From Octopus sinensis (Eukaryota), in contig NC_043000.1 in the NCBI RefSeq assembly GCF_006345805.1, positions 59,024,001 to 59,088,000 on the forward strand: DNA of 64,000 nt, in the 5' to 3' direction. The position numbers were made by a program, and so were the translations under genes. Shown here in pieces: positions 63,927-64,000 of the stretch. Below the pieces are notes generated by a model that was not told where the DNA came from, ran no database searches, and was given only the letters and a program-made list of their open reading frames with translations. Each line of letters begins with the position of its first letter. Position 1 is the first letter of the stretch.

Positions 63927-64000
63927 GGTATTGAAGGAGAATGTCCCAGGTCAGTTCTTGATCAATATGCTGATGTACTACTTGCCCTAAATAAACTACA
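63927..64000 (+). CDS. IPO13: IPO13 exon 27 (truncated by the window edge)
   Basis: GIEGECPRSVLDQYADVLLALNKL; aligns to human AIGGQASRSLMDCFADILFALNKH. Confidence 0.95.

Larger units (their letters stand above)
13049..64000 (+). other. IPO13: Importin-13 gene span (27 coding exons in window; 3' end beyond the edge)
   Basis: Exons joined with GT-AG boundaries and matching phases give 2642 nt (about 880 aa) collinear with recalled human IPO13, e.g. LPQYRKG, GLPGYYPVDET, EQFRCYRHDIGDTM, EHTDIV and LPENFTVKAS. Confidence 0.95.

Overview
AT-rich, repeat-dense animal genomic DNA. The SINE families, RTE/CR1/Penelope fragments and (TA)n/(TG)n density point to an Octopus (coleoid cephalopod) genome; this is inferred from recognised repeats, not from a search. 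Two genes lie head-to-head. On the minus strand is the 5' end of a FAM151/menorin-family gene (coding exons 3121-2995 and 639-481, continuing off the left edge). On the plus strand is importin-13 (IPO13), for which 27 coding exons (13049 to the right edge, about 880 codons) were hand-assembled with GT-AG boundaries and consistent phases. Intergenic and intronic DNA carries tRNA-derived/CORE SINEs, RTE, CR1, L2, CRE-like and Penelope-like retroelement fragments, three mariner-family elements, a maT/Tc1 fragment and a hAT MITE. The most unusual signal is a set of type I hammerhead-ribozyme motifs of the Penelope-associated kind inside IPO13 introns. Two loci sit in fold-back DNA: a perfect 132-bp palindrome encoding a hammerhead on both strands, and a 1.66-kb inverted duplication. 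There is also an orphan PPME1-like exon with a donor but no acceptor at 6599-6656. No tools were used, so family assignments rest on recalled protein and RNA motifs.
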